Shown: one piece after another, positions 24,965 to 37,270 of the stretch
Position numbering within the stretch: the first letter of the stretch is position 1
Layout: every line of letters begins with the position of its first letter
NCBI RefSeq assembly: GCF_030144855.1
Contig: NC_082710.1
Location: 173,786,001 to 173,850,000 of the forward strand
Direction of reading: 5' to 3'
Length of the DNA stretch: 64,000 nucleotides
From: Hypanus sabinus
Lineage: Eukaryota
Notes under the pieces: generated by a model
Seen by the model: only the letters and a program-made list of their open reading frames with translations
Databases searched by the model: none
What the model was told of the DNA's origin: nothing
Translations under genes and position numbers: made by a program

Positions 24965-25655
24965 GAATCTTTGCAGAGGAGATTTACAAGGATATTGCCT
25001 GGATTGGAAAGCATATCTTGTGAGAATAGGTTGAGTGAACTTGGCCTTTACTCCTTGGAGTGACGGAGGATGAGAGGTGACCTGATAGAGGTGTATAAGA
25101 TGATGAGAGGCATTGATCATGTGGATAGTCAGAGGCTTTTTCCCAGGGCTGAAATGGCTAGCACAATGGGGGTATAGTGTTAAGGTGCTTGGAAGTAGGT
25201 ACGATGGTGTCAGAGGTAAGTTTTTCATACAGTGTGGCATTGGTCCTTCCAGCCTTTCTGCCATTCTGCCCCCAGAAACCCTGATTAACCCTAACCTAAT
25301 CACAGGACAATTCACAATGAACAATTAACCTACTCCTGACGTCCGGCTTTTTTCCCAGGGTTGAAATGAGGCCAACACGAGGGGGCATAGTTTTAGGATG
25401 CTTGGAAGTAGGTACAAGGGGACTGTCAGAGGCAAGTTTTTCCACACAGAGAGGGGTGTGTGTGTGTGTGGAATGCACCGCCAGTGACGGTGATAGAAGG
25501 GGATACAATAGGATTTTTTAAGAGACTCTTAGATAGGTACATGGAGCTTAGAAAAATAGAGGGTTATGCATTAGGGAAGTTCTAGGCAGTTTCTAGAGAA
25601 GGTTACATGGTCAACACAACATTGTGGGCCTGTAATGTGCTGCAGATTTCTGTGT
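24965..25655 (+). mobile_element. CR1 3' fragments
   Basis: RMRGDLIEVYKMMRGIDHVDSQRLFP; segment repeated after a SINE piece. Confidence 0.75.
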
Positions 25656-27097
25656 TCTATCTGATTGGCAGAATTTGTCCACACGGTGACTCAGTAATCT
25701 GCAGATGATTGACATTGCCGTCCTGATTTAGTAACTTTGCTTTCAGGTACAAAGCCCTGTACAAAGGGCAGCATGAACCACCACTTTCAGAAATGTGTGC
25801 ACTTTTAACGCTGATGTTTCTTAGGAATGTAAAAACTTTAGGAACAACTTCTCCTCCATCACCAGATATCCGAATAGTCCATGAACCAAGTAACACTACT
25901 TCATTATCTTTGCAACAAATTTCACAACACACCTCAGTGACAATAAAACTGCTTTTGATTGTGTCCTGATATCTGTAATTGCCTCTTTATCCTCATTACT
26001 GGCTATCGCAATGTGCACTAGCAACGTCAGAACCCAAGCGCAGGGAAAATGGCGACTAGGGTTTTCTTTATAAAAATTCCAACAGAACATTGGTGGTTTT
26101 GTCCGAACGACATCGCAAAACTAGGACCCTCGCGATTAGCACTAATCAGGTGTCTGCTTAAATAATACAACCAACATGGAAACCCCAAACATATCAAAGT
26201 AAATTAAAAGCAAGCTCAAACAGAAATCACCAGCAGACCAAATTACAACGGGTGATTCACTCGAGAGGAAAAACAACACAAGAAACTCTAAATGACTATT
26301 GACTCTTGTTAAACAACGACGAACCAACATTCTGTGGCTCAAGTCCAAAGAACTCATTACAGCTGGGTACTGTTTTGAAAATCTGTGTGTTAAAATTCAC
26401 TTGCCACATGCCCACCAGTTCGCCTGGATCTATCGTAATTTATTCTCTCTTCTCCTCACAGTCATCCACACTATTCAAAATTGCCATCCGCATGCACAAG
26501 TCAACGTCATTAATGTACACCAGGGACACTCTTACCCATTCCTGAGGAATTCTAACACTATCTCCATTCCAGTGTGGGCAGCATCTTGTCCCTGAGCCAG
26601 TTACCCAACTCGTACTGCCACCAGAATTTTTAAAAAATTCAGTCCTCTTCAGTTTTCCTGAAATGTTTTCTGAATGACTTATGGCAGTCCATCATAAAAT
26701 ATTGACAATTTCCCTTATTGAAAGGAACTCAGTTTCATTAGTTGAAAATGATATTTCCACAATAACTATAGTTTGCTTTCATGAATTTACTCTTCTCCAA
26801 GTCACAATTAGTGAAACGTGAAATGCTTAAGGGGAACCTTCACACAGAGGGTGGTTTGAGTGTGGAAAGAGCTGCCAGCAGAAGGGGTGGATTAAGTTTC
26901 TACATTTAAGAGAAATTTGAATAGGTACATGGATGGGAAGGGTACAGAGTGCTGTGGTCCAGTTGCAGGTTGATGGGACAAGCAAGTTAATGGTTTGGCA
27001 TTGACTAAATGGGCCAAAGGTCCTGTTTCTGTGGTGTAGTATTCTATGACCCTTATTTTGTTCCAAATTTTTGTTTCTAGCTGTTGTGATTTGGACA

Positions 27098-27350
27098 CCA
27101 CAGTAGCACAGAGGTTAGCACAGCTGTTACAGCTTGGAATCAGAGTTCAGAGTTCAATTCCAATGTCCTCAGTAAGAAAGTTTTCCCCATGTGTGCGTGA
27201 TTTTCCTCCAGGAGCTCTGGTTTCCTCTCACAGTCCAAAGACATACTGGTTGGTAGGTTAATTGATCATTGTAAATTGTCTTGTGATTAGACTATGGTTA
27301 AATCGGTGGTTAGCTGAGTGGCACAACTCAGTGGGCTGGGAAGGCCTAGT
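27098..27350 (+). mobile_element. V-SINE (HE1-like)
   Basis: A/B-box-like head and GCTCTGGTTTCCTCTCACAGTCCAAAGACAT core. Confidence 0.65.
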
Positions 27351-29309
27351 CCACATAAATTAATATATAAAATATATAATAGCAAGTTTTATCCTGAGAA
27401 AACTGACCAAAGTCTTTACTTAATACCATTGCCATGAACTGTGCCTGTCGACCAGAGTTCTGATAGTCAGTTATCCATTCTGTGAAATGAACTTTAAAGT
27501 TACTGGAGAGATGAGCTCTTGCTGTTTTGTGATACTCTATGCACATCTTCCAGCATCTTACATCTCTCTATGTATTCAGTCTAATAATTATATTTTAGAG
27601 TTGTGTGAGAAGAGATATAGTCAAGATATTGTGTAGGCAGAGGAGATTAGTTTAATTAGCCATTTGATCACTAGTTTAATTGACTGGCCACAACATTATG
27701 GTGCTAAGAGCCTGAGCCTGTACTGTCCTGTTCTCTGTTCTGTGTCCTAACAGAAATTGCAGAAGATAATTTGTTTTTAATTGTTTTCGAGAAACATGCA
27801 TTCTCTTATGGGACAAGTGTATCAAAAAGAAACGTCGTCTTAAGATTTAAATTGTTTGGCCTTTAATAACACTTGCATCTTCCATTCTTGATTGCATTCA
27901 CAAAAGCTTTGAATGACAAAGTAGCTACCTTTCAGATTTTGCACGTTAAAGGTATAAACCAGACCAGTTTCTCTTAACATTTTGCATATTTCAACATTCC
28001 AAGAAATTAACAGAGCGCCTTAACACATGTGTCAATTGTTGGTAAAACAGAATAGAAGAACGCTGACATGGTCAGGTAATATATGTTTATACTCGTGTTG
28101 TTGCTGAATTATCTGAAAAAATATTGCACAACACCTCGTTTACTGCACATTTTACCATTTAGGAACAACCTAACCTCCTCCCCAACCCCTCAGTTTAATC
28201 ACGTTGCTGCTAAAGTCAAATAAGCGATTCCACAATTAAAGAGGAACATTTTGTTGACTTTAAATAAGAATAAAATCAGACGGGGATGATTAACTGCGCA
28301 TCACTTCTCAGAGTTCCCTCTGTAGGAATACGTTAAAATTCTCCTCCACAGTACACGGGCGAATGGACTACACTAGATTAAATACTTCGAAGTTGTAATG
28401 CTGGATGTGCGGAAACCGGGAAAACAGACAGAAACCCGTTCAAATCAGCTGGCTTTTATAATAAGGATAACTGAAGTAATCCATGTTATCGCGGTTTCTC
28501 GATTATAGTAATACAGATTAAACTAAAATAATAACAAAAGAACTTATCTGGCCAAATGAAATAATCACGGCCGTTGAACATGCTTGACAAACCCTGACTA
28601 CACGATTTTCGCTGCAGACGAAGGGAAAATGCATTTGTGAGTTCCATGTGTACACAAACGTTTCCACTACAGTACTGAAAATAAGCAAGACAGAAATCTG
28701 TTTTAAAATAACTTACAATGATCTACTTATTAGTAGATTAGTGTAAATGTTATAATGGTAAAAGAGTCAAATCATTCAGCTAAGCCATGCTCCATCGTAT
28801 TTAGAAAGACTGTTCGAAACGACATAATGATTTAGAATATCTTTATTACTTTTTTCCGAAAAGCAGTAACCAGTAATTTTTAAAAATATCGCTTTAAAAA
28901 ATACTGCGGACATTTATCGCGCTAAGAGATCTCATTGGCTTAATCTCATCGGATTTAAGCATTCCAATTGGTGTACAACCTGTGCTACCGTAGTCACATT
29001 CTCGAAAGAATTCAAGCGAAATACAAACTGTAAACTGAGATTTCTTTTCTGGAAATTTTACCTTCAGCTGACCGGCGTCAGAGGAATCCCTTCATCCCCG
29101 AGAAGCCGGTAAAGTTCCGGCCATTTTCAACAGGAGTAGGAGAGGAATGCAGGTTTTTCATCGTCCGCCTGAAATGCGCTTCGATCGGGGGACAGCCGGT
29201 GCAGAAAATGATCGGCATCGGAGAAACTGCAGCTGGCGGATCAGGAATTGATGGTTTTGGGGAGCAGGGGCGTGCGGATTTGACCGGAATTGGTGAAGTT
29301 AGCATTATA

Positions 29310-29385
29310 GAAAAGCACAAGATTATCAAGTTTGGGAGGGAGGACCCGGGTTCGCTCTTCCCCGTCCGCCTCCGCCTTATAAATA
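29310..29385 (+). promoter_or_regulatory. Promoter of Arg-rich H1
   Basis: TATAAATA at 29378-29385, two CCGCC GC boxes just upstream, AAAGCACA (imperfect H1 AC box) at ~29312; no proximal CCAAT. Confidence 0.65.
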
Positions 29386-29446
29386 CGACAGTCGGCGCCC
29401 GGTCTCTCCGAGAGAGAAGGCACAACCGTTTCTGGTGCGCTCCGGT

Positions 29447-30205
29447 ATGTCCGAGAACCAGAAGGCGGCAGATGGCAGCGATTCCGGTGAAAAGGGAGGC
29501 GGTGGAGGCGCCGGCGGCACCACTCCGCCTCAAGGTCGGACGGCGCCGGACAAGGATGGGGCGGTGAAGAAAAAGAAAAAGCAACAACAACCGTCGCAGC
29601 AACAGGTTCAGTCAAAGGCGCCTCAGCAGTCCAAGAAGCCGCAGAATGGCCCCACCATCACCGACCACGTCCTCTCTTTGGCGGCAGCCACCAAGGAGAG
29701 GCGTGGCATCTCGCTGGCAGCCCTGAAGAAAGCGCTGACGGCCAAGGGTTACGATGTGAACCGCAACAACGCTCGCGTCAACCTGACGGTACGCCAGCTA
29801 GTGCAGAAGGGCTCGCTGGTGAAGACGAGCGGCCACGGCGCCGCCGGCTCCTTCAAGCTGAACCGGCTGGCGGCTCCCAAGCAAGGAAAGAAAGAGGCAA
29901 CCCGCAAGAAGGTGGCTTGGCGCACTCCTACCCCTTCCAAGAGGACGCGGAACAGGAAGAGGAGTCCAAGGCGCCAGACTAAGCCACGGAAGACCACCGC
30001 ACGCCCCCTCAAGCGCCGGCCCAAAACGGGTGCCCGGCCCCGCGCCAGAGCCAAGGCTCGTTCCCGCCTCAAGCGTAAAGTAGGCAGGGCTCGGACGGCA
30101 CGGGTCTATCGCCGGTACAAATCGGCTAAAGGCAAGAGAGCGAATCGCGGACGGACCCGGCAGCCAGTGGGGCGCCAACGGCAACTCGGACCCCGGCGCT
30201 ACTAG
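29447..30205 (+). CDS. Histone H1 variant / protamine-like protein (252 aa) with intact winged helix and Arg-rich C-tail
   Basis: GPTITDHV..ATKERRGISLAALKKALTAKGYDV..LVQKGSLVKTSGHGAAGSFKLN is a good H1 globular domain. The last 88 aa have 29 Arg and 12 Lys. TATA and stem-loop present. Confidence 0.93.
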   Translation: MSENQKAADGSDSGEKGGGGGAGGTTPPQGRTAPDKDGAVKKKKKQQQPSQQQVQSKAPQQSKKPQNGPTITDHVLSLAAATKERRGISLAALKKALTAKGYDVNRNNARVNLTVRQLVQKGSLVKTSGHGAAGSFKLNRLAAPKQGKKEATRKKVAWRTPTPSKRTRNRKRSPRRQTKPRKTTARPLKRRPKTGARPRARAKARSRLKRKVGRARTARVYRRYKSAKGKRANRGRTRQPVGRQRQLGPRRY

Positions 30206-30259
30206 AGGTAGCCGCAGACAGTCACCTCGAAGGGCAAGAAATGGCTCTTTACATTAAAC

Positions 30260-30275
30260 GGCTCTTTTCAGAGCC
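30260..30275 (+). terminator. Histone 3' stem-loop
   Basis: GGCTCTTTTCAGAGCC followed by ACCAA. Confidence 0.95.
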
Positions 30276-31869
30276 ACCAAACATGAGCAAAAACAGCAAA
30301 ACCGCGCCACGATAGGGAGAGAATGGAAATATCTCCATCCTGTTCGGTCTCAAATCCCCAGTAAACTTCCCAGTGCATATACATATTAACTATGAAGCTC
30401 CAACATTTAGATTAGATACGTTAGAAGTAATTCGTCTAATTTACTAATTAATTTGCAATATCGTTATAAAGATTAATTTTGCCTCCTGTTTTATCTGCGG
30501 AATTTTAGCTTTAGGGAGAGATCCAACTATCCTAAACACGAGATCTGATGAACCGCTGCTGTGTCTCATGGTGTTGAGTTGGATCCGGGATCAGCCATAA
30601 AACGGCGGAGCCGAATCGTTGACCCAATCCTGCTCCTATGTCTAATTAGCCCCAACTGGTCTATAGACCCAGCCACTTTATAATGCTTTTCACATTATAT
30701 TTTTGTATTCGTGCATATTTTATTCCATGTCATCATTTTAACACTCAGAAAATGCTGGAGGAACTCAGCAGGCCAGGCAACATCTTTTGAAGGGGATAAA
30801 CGGCCCAGAACATCGACTCTCCATCGATGCCTCAATAGAGGCACTGATGTGCCGAATTTACAATGACGCTTATGCGATGGTCGCTGAACAGAAGCTCCAA
30901 ATCAGCGAAAGAACTGAAAGGGATCAAACGATGGTTTTTAAGCATAAGTTTTTAAGAGGTTCAGTGTATCATTGGCAAGATAATATCATGCCTATAGCAA
31001 GATATGTAAGTGATGAATTTGATAGTTGCTGCCACAAAGACCCCCACTAGGTTATGACATATACTGGGAGGACGTGCAACAGAAGCACAACAGGTGTCAT
31101 CAAAGCATCTCAAATAGATGTGCCATCAGCCTTTCTAATGGTCGAAGGTTCAGGGTGTCCAGCCTTGTATTTATTTTATAAACATTTTCATAGACAAAAC
31201 AAAGGAATATTCTCAGAAACTAGTTATACAGATGTAGATCAATTTCCTTAACATTGCACATTAATATTTGGTCACCCTGGGTTTGGGGAATGGAATTCCG
31301 TAGGACTTTTATGTGTAAATCGTATCCTAACATTGTTGAACAAATTTCATTGCAATTGGGAACACAGAAGTGGTGTGTCCGAGATCACACCTTGTGATTA
31401 TTATTGACTTTTGTTAAAACTGTGAATTGATATTGGAGTCAAACATAATTTGATATTGGTTATTAGAAATAAATTGAGACTTGGAGATGGGATCATACTA
31501 TTTCCTTTTGAACGTCCACTAATAAAATTAATTTGGATGGTTCCTTCTATATTCTAAACTCGTGGAATTCAAATAGATTCCGAGTACAGAATGTAAATGG
31601 AGCATCTCCAGTTAACGTCAAGGCATGGCTACACCTTTCCTTTGAATGCTTGAAATAGGACAAAATTTATTTTCTATAGGTTATTTTGATACCACAAACT
31701 GAGATGGTCTTCGAACTGAAAGGTTTACTGTCTGACTAGTGTTTCCAGTAATGTTTAAGAATTGTAGACTGTTATTTTTTTCGTTTTCATTATATCCAAT
31801 GCACCTCTAATTCGACGCCTACGTGTATAGTGCTCATCAGTTACGATCTCATTTCAACTTTGATTAGAT

Positions 31870-31885
31870 GGCTCTCAGAAGAGCC
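31870..31885 (-). terminator. Histone 3' stem-loop (loop TCTG)
   Basis: Minus strand GGCTCT-TCTG-AGAGCC preceded by CCAAAC. Confidence 0.88.
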
Positions 31886-31916
31886 GTTTGGTGGTTTAAT
31901 AGTTTTCGGGGAGAAT

Positions 31917-32324
31917 CTACTTGGAGCTCGAGTATTTGGTGACCGTTTTTGTTCCTTCCGAGACGGCGTGTTTAGCCAGTTCCCCGGGCAGCAGGAAGCG
32001 GACGGCGCTCTGGATCTCCCGGGAGGAGATGGTCTGGCGGCGGGTGTAATGCACCAGGCGGGAAGCCTCGGACGCGATGCGCTCGAAGATGTCGCTGACG
32101 AACGAGTTGAGGATACTTATCGCCTTGGACGAAATGCTCGTGTCCGGGTGGACCTGCTTCAGCACTTTATAGATATAGATGCTGTAGCTCTCCTTCCTGC
32201 TCTTCTTGTGTTTCCTGGTTTTCCTGTTCACCTTCTTGGCGTTTTTCTTGGAGCCCTTCTTTGACACGGTGCTCGTGGAACTCTCAGCCGTGCCATTTGT
32301 GGAAACAGCATCAGCGGTCAGCAT
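31917..32324 (-). CDS. H2B: Divergent histone H2B variant (135 aa)
   Basis: Complete histone fold ([33 protein letters not shown]), novel N-tail, octamer promoter, stem-loop. Confidence 0.96.
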   Translation of the reverse strand: MLTADAVSTNGTAESSTSTVSKKGSKKNAKKVNRKTRKHKKSRKESYSIYIYKVLKQVHPDTSISSKAISILNSFVSDIFERIASEASRLVHYTRRQTISSREIQSAVRFLLPGELAKHAVSEGTKTVTKYSSSK

Positions 32325-32449
32325 TGTAAATACTAATTCCTCCTCAGGCTCGCCTGACTCAAAACCTCGAAAACCCGAAAGGAATTAACCTCTTCGATCT
32401 GGCCAAAGTATCTACGGTTATTCCAATATTAAATATTCGTCATCTGTCT

Positions 32450-32503
32450 GATATACACCGAGTTATGCAAATGAAGGGTGTTATGTTCACAATTCCAATT
32501 GGC
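32450..32503 (-). promoter_or_regulatory. H2B promoter: octamer and CCAAT
   Basis: ATTTGCAT (minus) at 32465-32472, CCAATTGG at ~32495-32502; only a weak TATA-like GTATATC at ~32451. Confidence 0.75.
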
Positions 32504-34104
32504 TAATCCGTGCTCGGATGCACAAATAGCAGCGGGACTTGTGTTTCTATTTGTAACCGTAACGAGAACAGCGAGAACTTTAAAATGTCGAAGAACGCCG
32601 TTATTTAATAACCAAACTAGATTTTAAACCTCGCCTCTAGAAACAATCATGCTCAAGTAAATTAATTTGTGTTGCAAAACATAAAGAAATTTGACTCATC
32701 TTCAAAGGCTAAGAAGAAAATCGAAACCTGAGGTCTTGTGCAACAACAGCAAAATGCGTTTAATGTAGGAATATTCGAGGTGTGCATATAATACAGCATC
32801 GCAGCACATGTGAAAGTTTTCCATATTTATTGGCGATTTGTTTCAACCAGTCTCCACATTTACAGTGACATTTTGAGCCTATGGCGACTCCTAAGGTGTT
32901 AGTGCAGGACCCAATCTAATCTCGTTTATTACCTGTCAGTTTGTACTCCTCCTCTCCTACCCCCCTTCTTATTTTTGTGGCTTCTGTCCCCTTCCTTTCC
33001 AGTCCTGATATGGAATCATCTTGAAGACTGACTGTTTATTCTTCTCCATAGATGCTGTCGGATCTGATGAGTTCCTCCAGCATTTTGAGTACCTTAGTGG
33101 AGGTTTCCAGCATCTGCAGAAACTATTATTTCAGTATGTCTATGTTAGAGGCATTCTAACTATTCTGAATATACTAAGGGTCCTGAATATTTTTACTGAA
33201 TTGTTCAGAGGTAACAGTGATGCTGCTGAAAGTAAGTTTTTCACTGCACCTGTGCATATGAAAATAGACCTGAGTTTGACCTTAACTCGGCCAAGGCTCT
33301 TGGAGAGTCCAAAGCACCACATCATCTGGTACACATTTCTGCTAGACACACCCTGAAAAATTAGCTTTCCTTTTCCATTCACTCTGCCCAAGCTTGTCAT
33401 TATTTCCTCTCTGCCTCTTATCACTTCCTTAGTAACAGCATTTCCCTCCCATTGATCACAGGGTAACTGGTCCATGTTTCCTCAGGTTATCGTAGCCGGG
33501 GGTGGAAGTAGGGATAAGCTCCCACTACCTATAAACTGCTCCAAATGGCTTGTGACTCTAACAGCCTCTGACAACCAAGTCCAACTCTTGACCTTCATGT
33601 GTGGCTTAGCTACTAGGCCCAGTGGAACTGTTTCTACTGATGAGAGAAGGGGCAAAGGCGGACCACTGGTGCCTCAAAACCAAACGCTTCAAGCAGGCGG
33701 GACTCATCAGCCTTGGATGGCAGCCCACCTGGGAGAAGGAAAACTGTTATTTTAAACCCCCGCTGCCTTGTGGCCAAAGCCACCCATGGGAGAGGCTTCG
33801 GGAGTAAACCCTGAGGAAGGAATCCACAACTGGGTCCCTAAGCCAGTTTGATGTTGTTTAAAACTTCACTCTGGCAACCTCTACGACCACACTGGTGCCA
33901 AACTGTATCGGTGTTTGCCACATCAGTGACTTAGAGAGGGGGAGCCCACTGCATGGGCACAGCCGGTTCTTCAAATCTTCCCACCCAGGCTTGCACCCTG
34001 GAAAGGACACGGTCCACCAGAGGCACAAACCCATGATCCTCTGTGATCGGCGGCTGCCTGCTAATAGAACTCACTTTATAACCATTTAACAATCACAGCA
34101 TGGA

Positions 34105-35575
34105 AACTCCTAGTCCGTGGCAAACTCTTAATCTCACCTGGTCCCACCTACCCGCATTCAGCCCATAACCCTCCACTCCTTTCCTGTCCATATACCTATC
34201 CAATTTTACCTTAAATGACACAACTGAACTGGCCTCTACTACTTCTACAGGAAGCTCATTCCACACAGCTATCACTCTCTGAGTAAAGAAATACCCCCTC
34301 GTGTTTCCCTTAAACTTCTGCCCCCTAACTCTCAAATCATGTCCTCTCGTTTGAATCTCCCCTACTCTCAATGGAAACAGCCTATTCACGTCAACTCTAT
34401 CTATCCCTCTCAAAATTTTAAATACCTCGATCAAATCCCCCCTCAACCTTCTACGCTCCAATGAATAGAGACCTAACTTGTTCAACCTTTCTCTGTAACT
34501 TAAGTGCTGAAACCCAGGTAACATCCTAGTAAATCGTCTCTGCACTCTCTCTAATTTATTGATATTTTTCCTATAATTTGGTGACCAGAATTGTACATGA
34601 TATTCCACTGCCTTACCCTCGTCAACATTCCTCGTAACTTCTTCAAAAAATTCAATAAGGTTTGTCAAACATGACCTTCCACGCACAAATCCATGCTGGC
34701 TACTCCTAATCAGATCCTGTCTATCCAGATAATTATTAATACTATCTCTAAGAATACTTTCCATTAATTTACCCACCACTGATGTCAAACTGACAGGTCT
34801 ATAATTGCTAGGCTTACTTCTATAAACCTTTTTAAACAATGGAACCACATGAGCAATACGCCAATCCTCCGGCACAATCCCCGTTTCTAATGACATCTTA
34901 AAGATCTCCGTCAGAGCTCCTGCTATCTCTACACAAACTTCCCTCAGGACCTGGAGATTTATCCACTTTTAAATTTCTTAAAAGCGCCAGTACTTCCACC
35001 TCTTTAATTGTCATAGGTTCCATAACTTCCTTACTTGTTTCCCACACCTTACACAATTCAATATCCTTCTCCTTAGTGAATACCGAAGAGAAGAAATCAT
35101 TCAAAATCTCTCCCATCTCCCTCGGCTCCACACATAGCTGTCCACACTGATTCTCTAAGGGGCCAATTTTATCCCTCACTATCCTCTTGCTTTTAATATA
35201 ACTGTAGAAACCTTTCGGATTTACTTTCACCTTATTTGCCAAACCAACCTCATATCTTCTTTTAGCTTTTCTAATCTCTTTCTTAAGATTCCTTTTACAT
35301 TCTTTATATTCCTCGAGCAATTCCTTTACTCCATGCTGCCTATATCTATTGTAGACATCCCTCTTTTTCCGAACCAAATTTCTAATATCCCTTGAAAACC
35401 ATGGTGCTTTCAAATCTTTAACCTTTCCTTTCAACCTAACAGGAACATAAAGATTCTGTACCCTCATAATTTCACCCTTAAATGACCTCCATTTCTCTAT
35501 TACATCCTTCCCATAAAACAACTTGACCCAATCCACTCTCTCTAAATCCCTTCGCATCTCCTCAAAGTTAGCCTT
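34105..35575 (-). mobile_element. CR1 LINE with two internal deletions and still-open ORF2 segments
   Basis: ORFs 34898-35659 and 34093-34896 are CR1 ORF2 (VDKSPGP, NYRPVSLTSVVGK, QHGFVRGRSCLTNL) joined directly to the C-terminal EYHVQFW; RT core missing. Confidence 0.92.
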
Positions 35576-35699
35576 TCTTTTCTCCTTTTTCTTAAACAGA
35601 GTTATACAATGCAGAAATGGATCCCTCTCCTGAGCCTCTTCACATAGTTCAAAGTACATTTATTATCAGAGAATGTATACCCTATACAACCTTGAAATT

Positions 35700-36450
35700 C
35701 AACTCCTTACAGGCAGCCACAAAGAAACCCAATAGAACCCACTTTTAACAAGACTGTCAATTACCCAACATGCGGGTGGGGGGGGGGGGGACACAAAACA
35801 TGGGAAACAATAAAAGTAAGCAAAGAACACTCAGGACTGAAGTTTTACGGAAATGAGTCCATGCACGTGAAGCCATGCGTCACTGCAGCTGAAGCAGGCC
35901 ACGGCCTCGGGTCAGTGTACAGCCAAGTAAACGTCGCGGAGCACAGAGCAGAACCAGCCCATCCCTCACCTCCAGTCCCAACACCCCAACCTGTTTCTAT
36001 CTGGTCCAGTCAGCCAAACCTTGGTTCGTTCCTCACTCTTGGACCCTTCTGCTTCAGTATGCTCTCAGGCTGGTGCCCCACCGTCTCAACTTGGCCCAGC
36101 GCTTAAATCAATCAAATCTCGGTTCTTTCCCTGTGCTCAGGACTGGGCTCTGCCTCACTTCTGGTCTCCTCACCTTGGTTTTGCCACACTGGATCTCCCC
36201 CAAACATTGGCTCTTTCCTCTCTTTCCAGCCCCACTGCCGTCCTGCACCTTCGAGACTTCAGTTCCCACTGCAAAAATGCCAGGCTTACATTCAGCTCAA
36301 ACACTCAACTCAACTTTGAAAAAGAAGTTATTGGCTATTGTTCGCAATGAACGTTTACCAGGAAAAGCATTGTTAAGAAAGTACTGACTTGTTGTCTTTG
36401 TTTCGCTTGACACCGATAAGTAGTCTCTGATGTTCACCATCTTAAACTGG
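35700..36450. repeat. Unclassified interspersed repeat, copy 2
   Basis: Colinear with 11850-12530. Confidence 0.65.
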
Positions 36451-37001
36451 AATAACATAGTAGAACACAAAGGGCTTTCTGGTGCCTGCGATCATGGTTC
36501 AACTCCTGCTACTGTCTATAAGGAGCCTGTTTACACCTGGAATCCTCTGGGTGCTCCGGTTTCCACCCACATTCCAAAAATACATGCTGGTTAGGGTTAA
36601 TAAGCTCTGGGCATGCTATTTTGGTGCTGGTTCAGGAGTCTGATGGCTGTAGCATGATGATTGTTCCTGAACCTGGTGGTGTGGGACCGAAGGCTTCTGT
36701 ACCTGCTACCCGATGGCCGTAGCAAGATGTTAGGGTCTTTGACGATGGATGCTTCTTTCTTGTGGCACCTCTCCATATAACCATGTGTTCAATTCTTTAT
36801 TGATTTAATGGTAGTATGTCTGTGGCTCAGGTACCAATCAATAGATTATTGCCTTGGTTTCAGACTTGCACCCTAGATGCATGTTCCTTCAGCAGAGCTG
36901 CCTTTTCTTTGTCTAATAGGTTCACACGTGGCCAGTGACAACTAGATCCTTCTCCTCCCATTCCAGTCCTGAGGAACCCTCTTTAACCCTAAACTGGTAG
37001 C

Positions 37002-37270
37002 CCAGTGTTTGGGAGTTGCTTGCAGTTATAGAGAGTGGTATCTGTCCAGTGTTTGGGAGTTGTTTGCAGTTATAGAGAGTGGTATCTGTCCAGTGTTTGG
37101 GAGTTGTTTGCAGTTATAGAGAGTGGTATCTGTCCAGTGTTTGGGAGTTGTTTGCAGTTATAGAGAGTGGTATCTGTCCAGTGTTTGGGAGTTGTTTGCA
37201 GTTATAGAGAGTGGTATCTGTCCAGTGTTTGGGAGTTGTGTATGCAATTATAAAGCGTGGTATCTGTCCA
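37002..37270. repeat. Minisatellite, ~6 x 44 bp
   Basis: Unit CCAGTGTTTGGGAGTTGTTTGCAGTTATAGAGAGTGGTATCTGT starting at 37002, 37046, 37090, 37134, 37178, 37222. Confidence 0.95.

Noticed and set aside
27098-27170. tRNA gene
   Set aside because: The A/B-box-like motifs run into a V-SINE core and no cloverleaf can be drawn.
37002-37270. CRISPR-like array
   Set aside because: Units are contiguous with no unique spacers, there are no cas genes, and the context is eukaryotic; it is a minisatellite.
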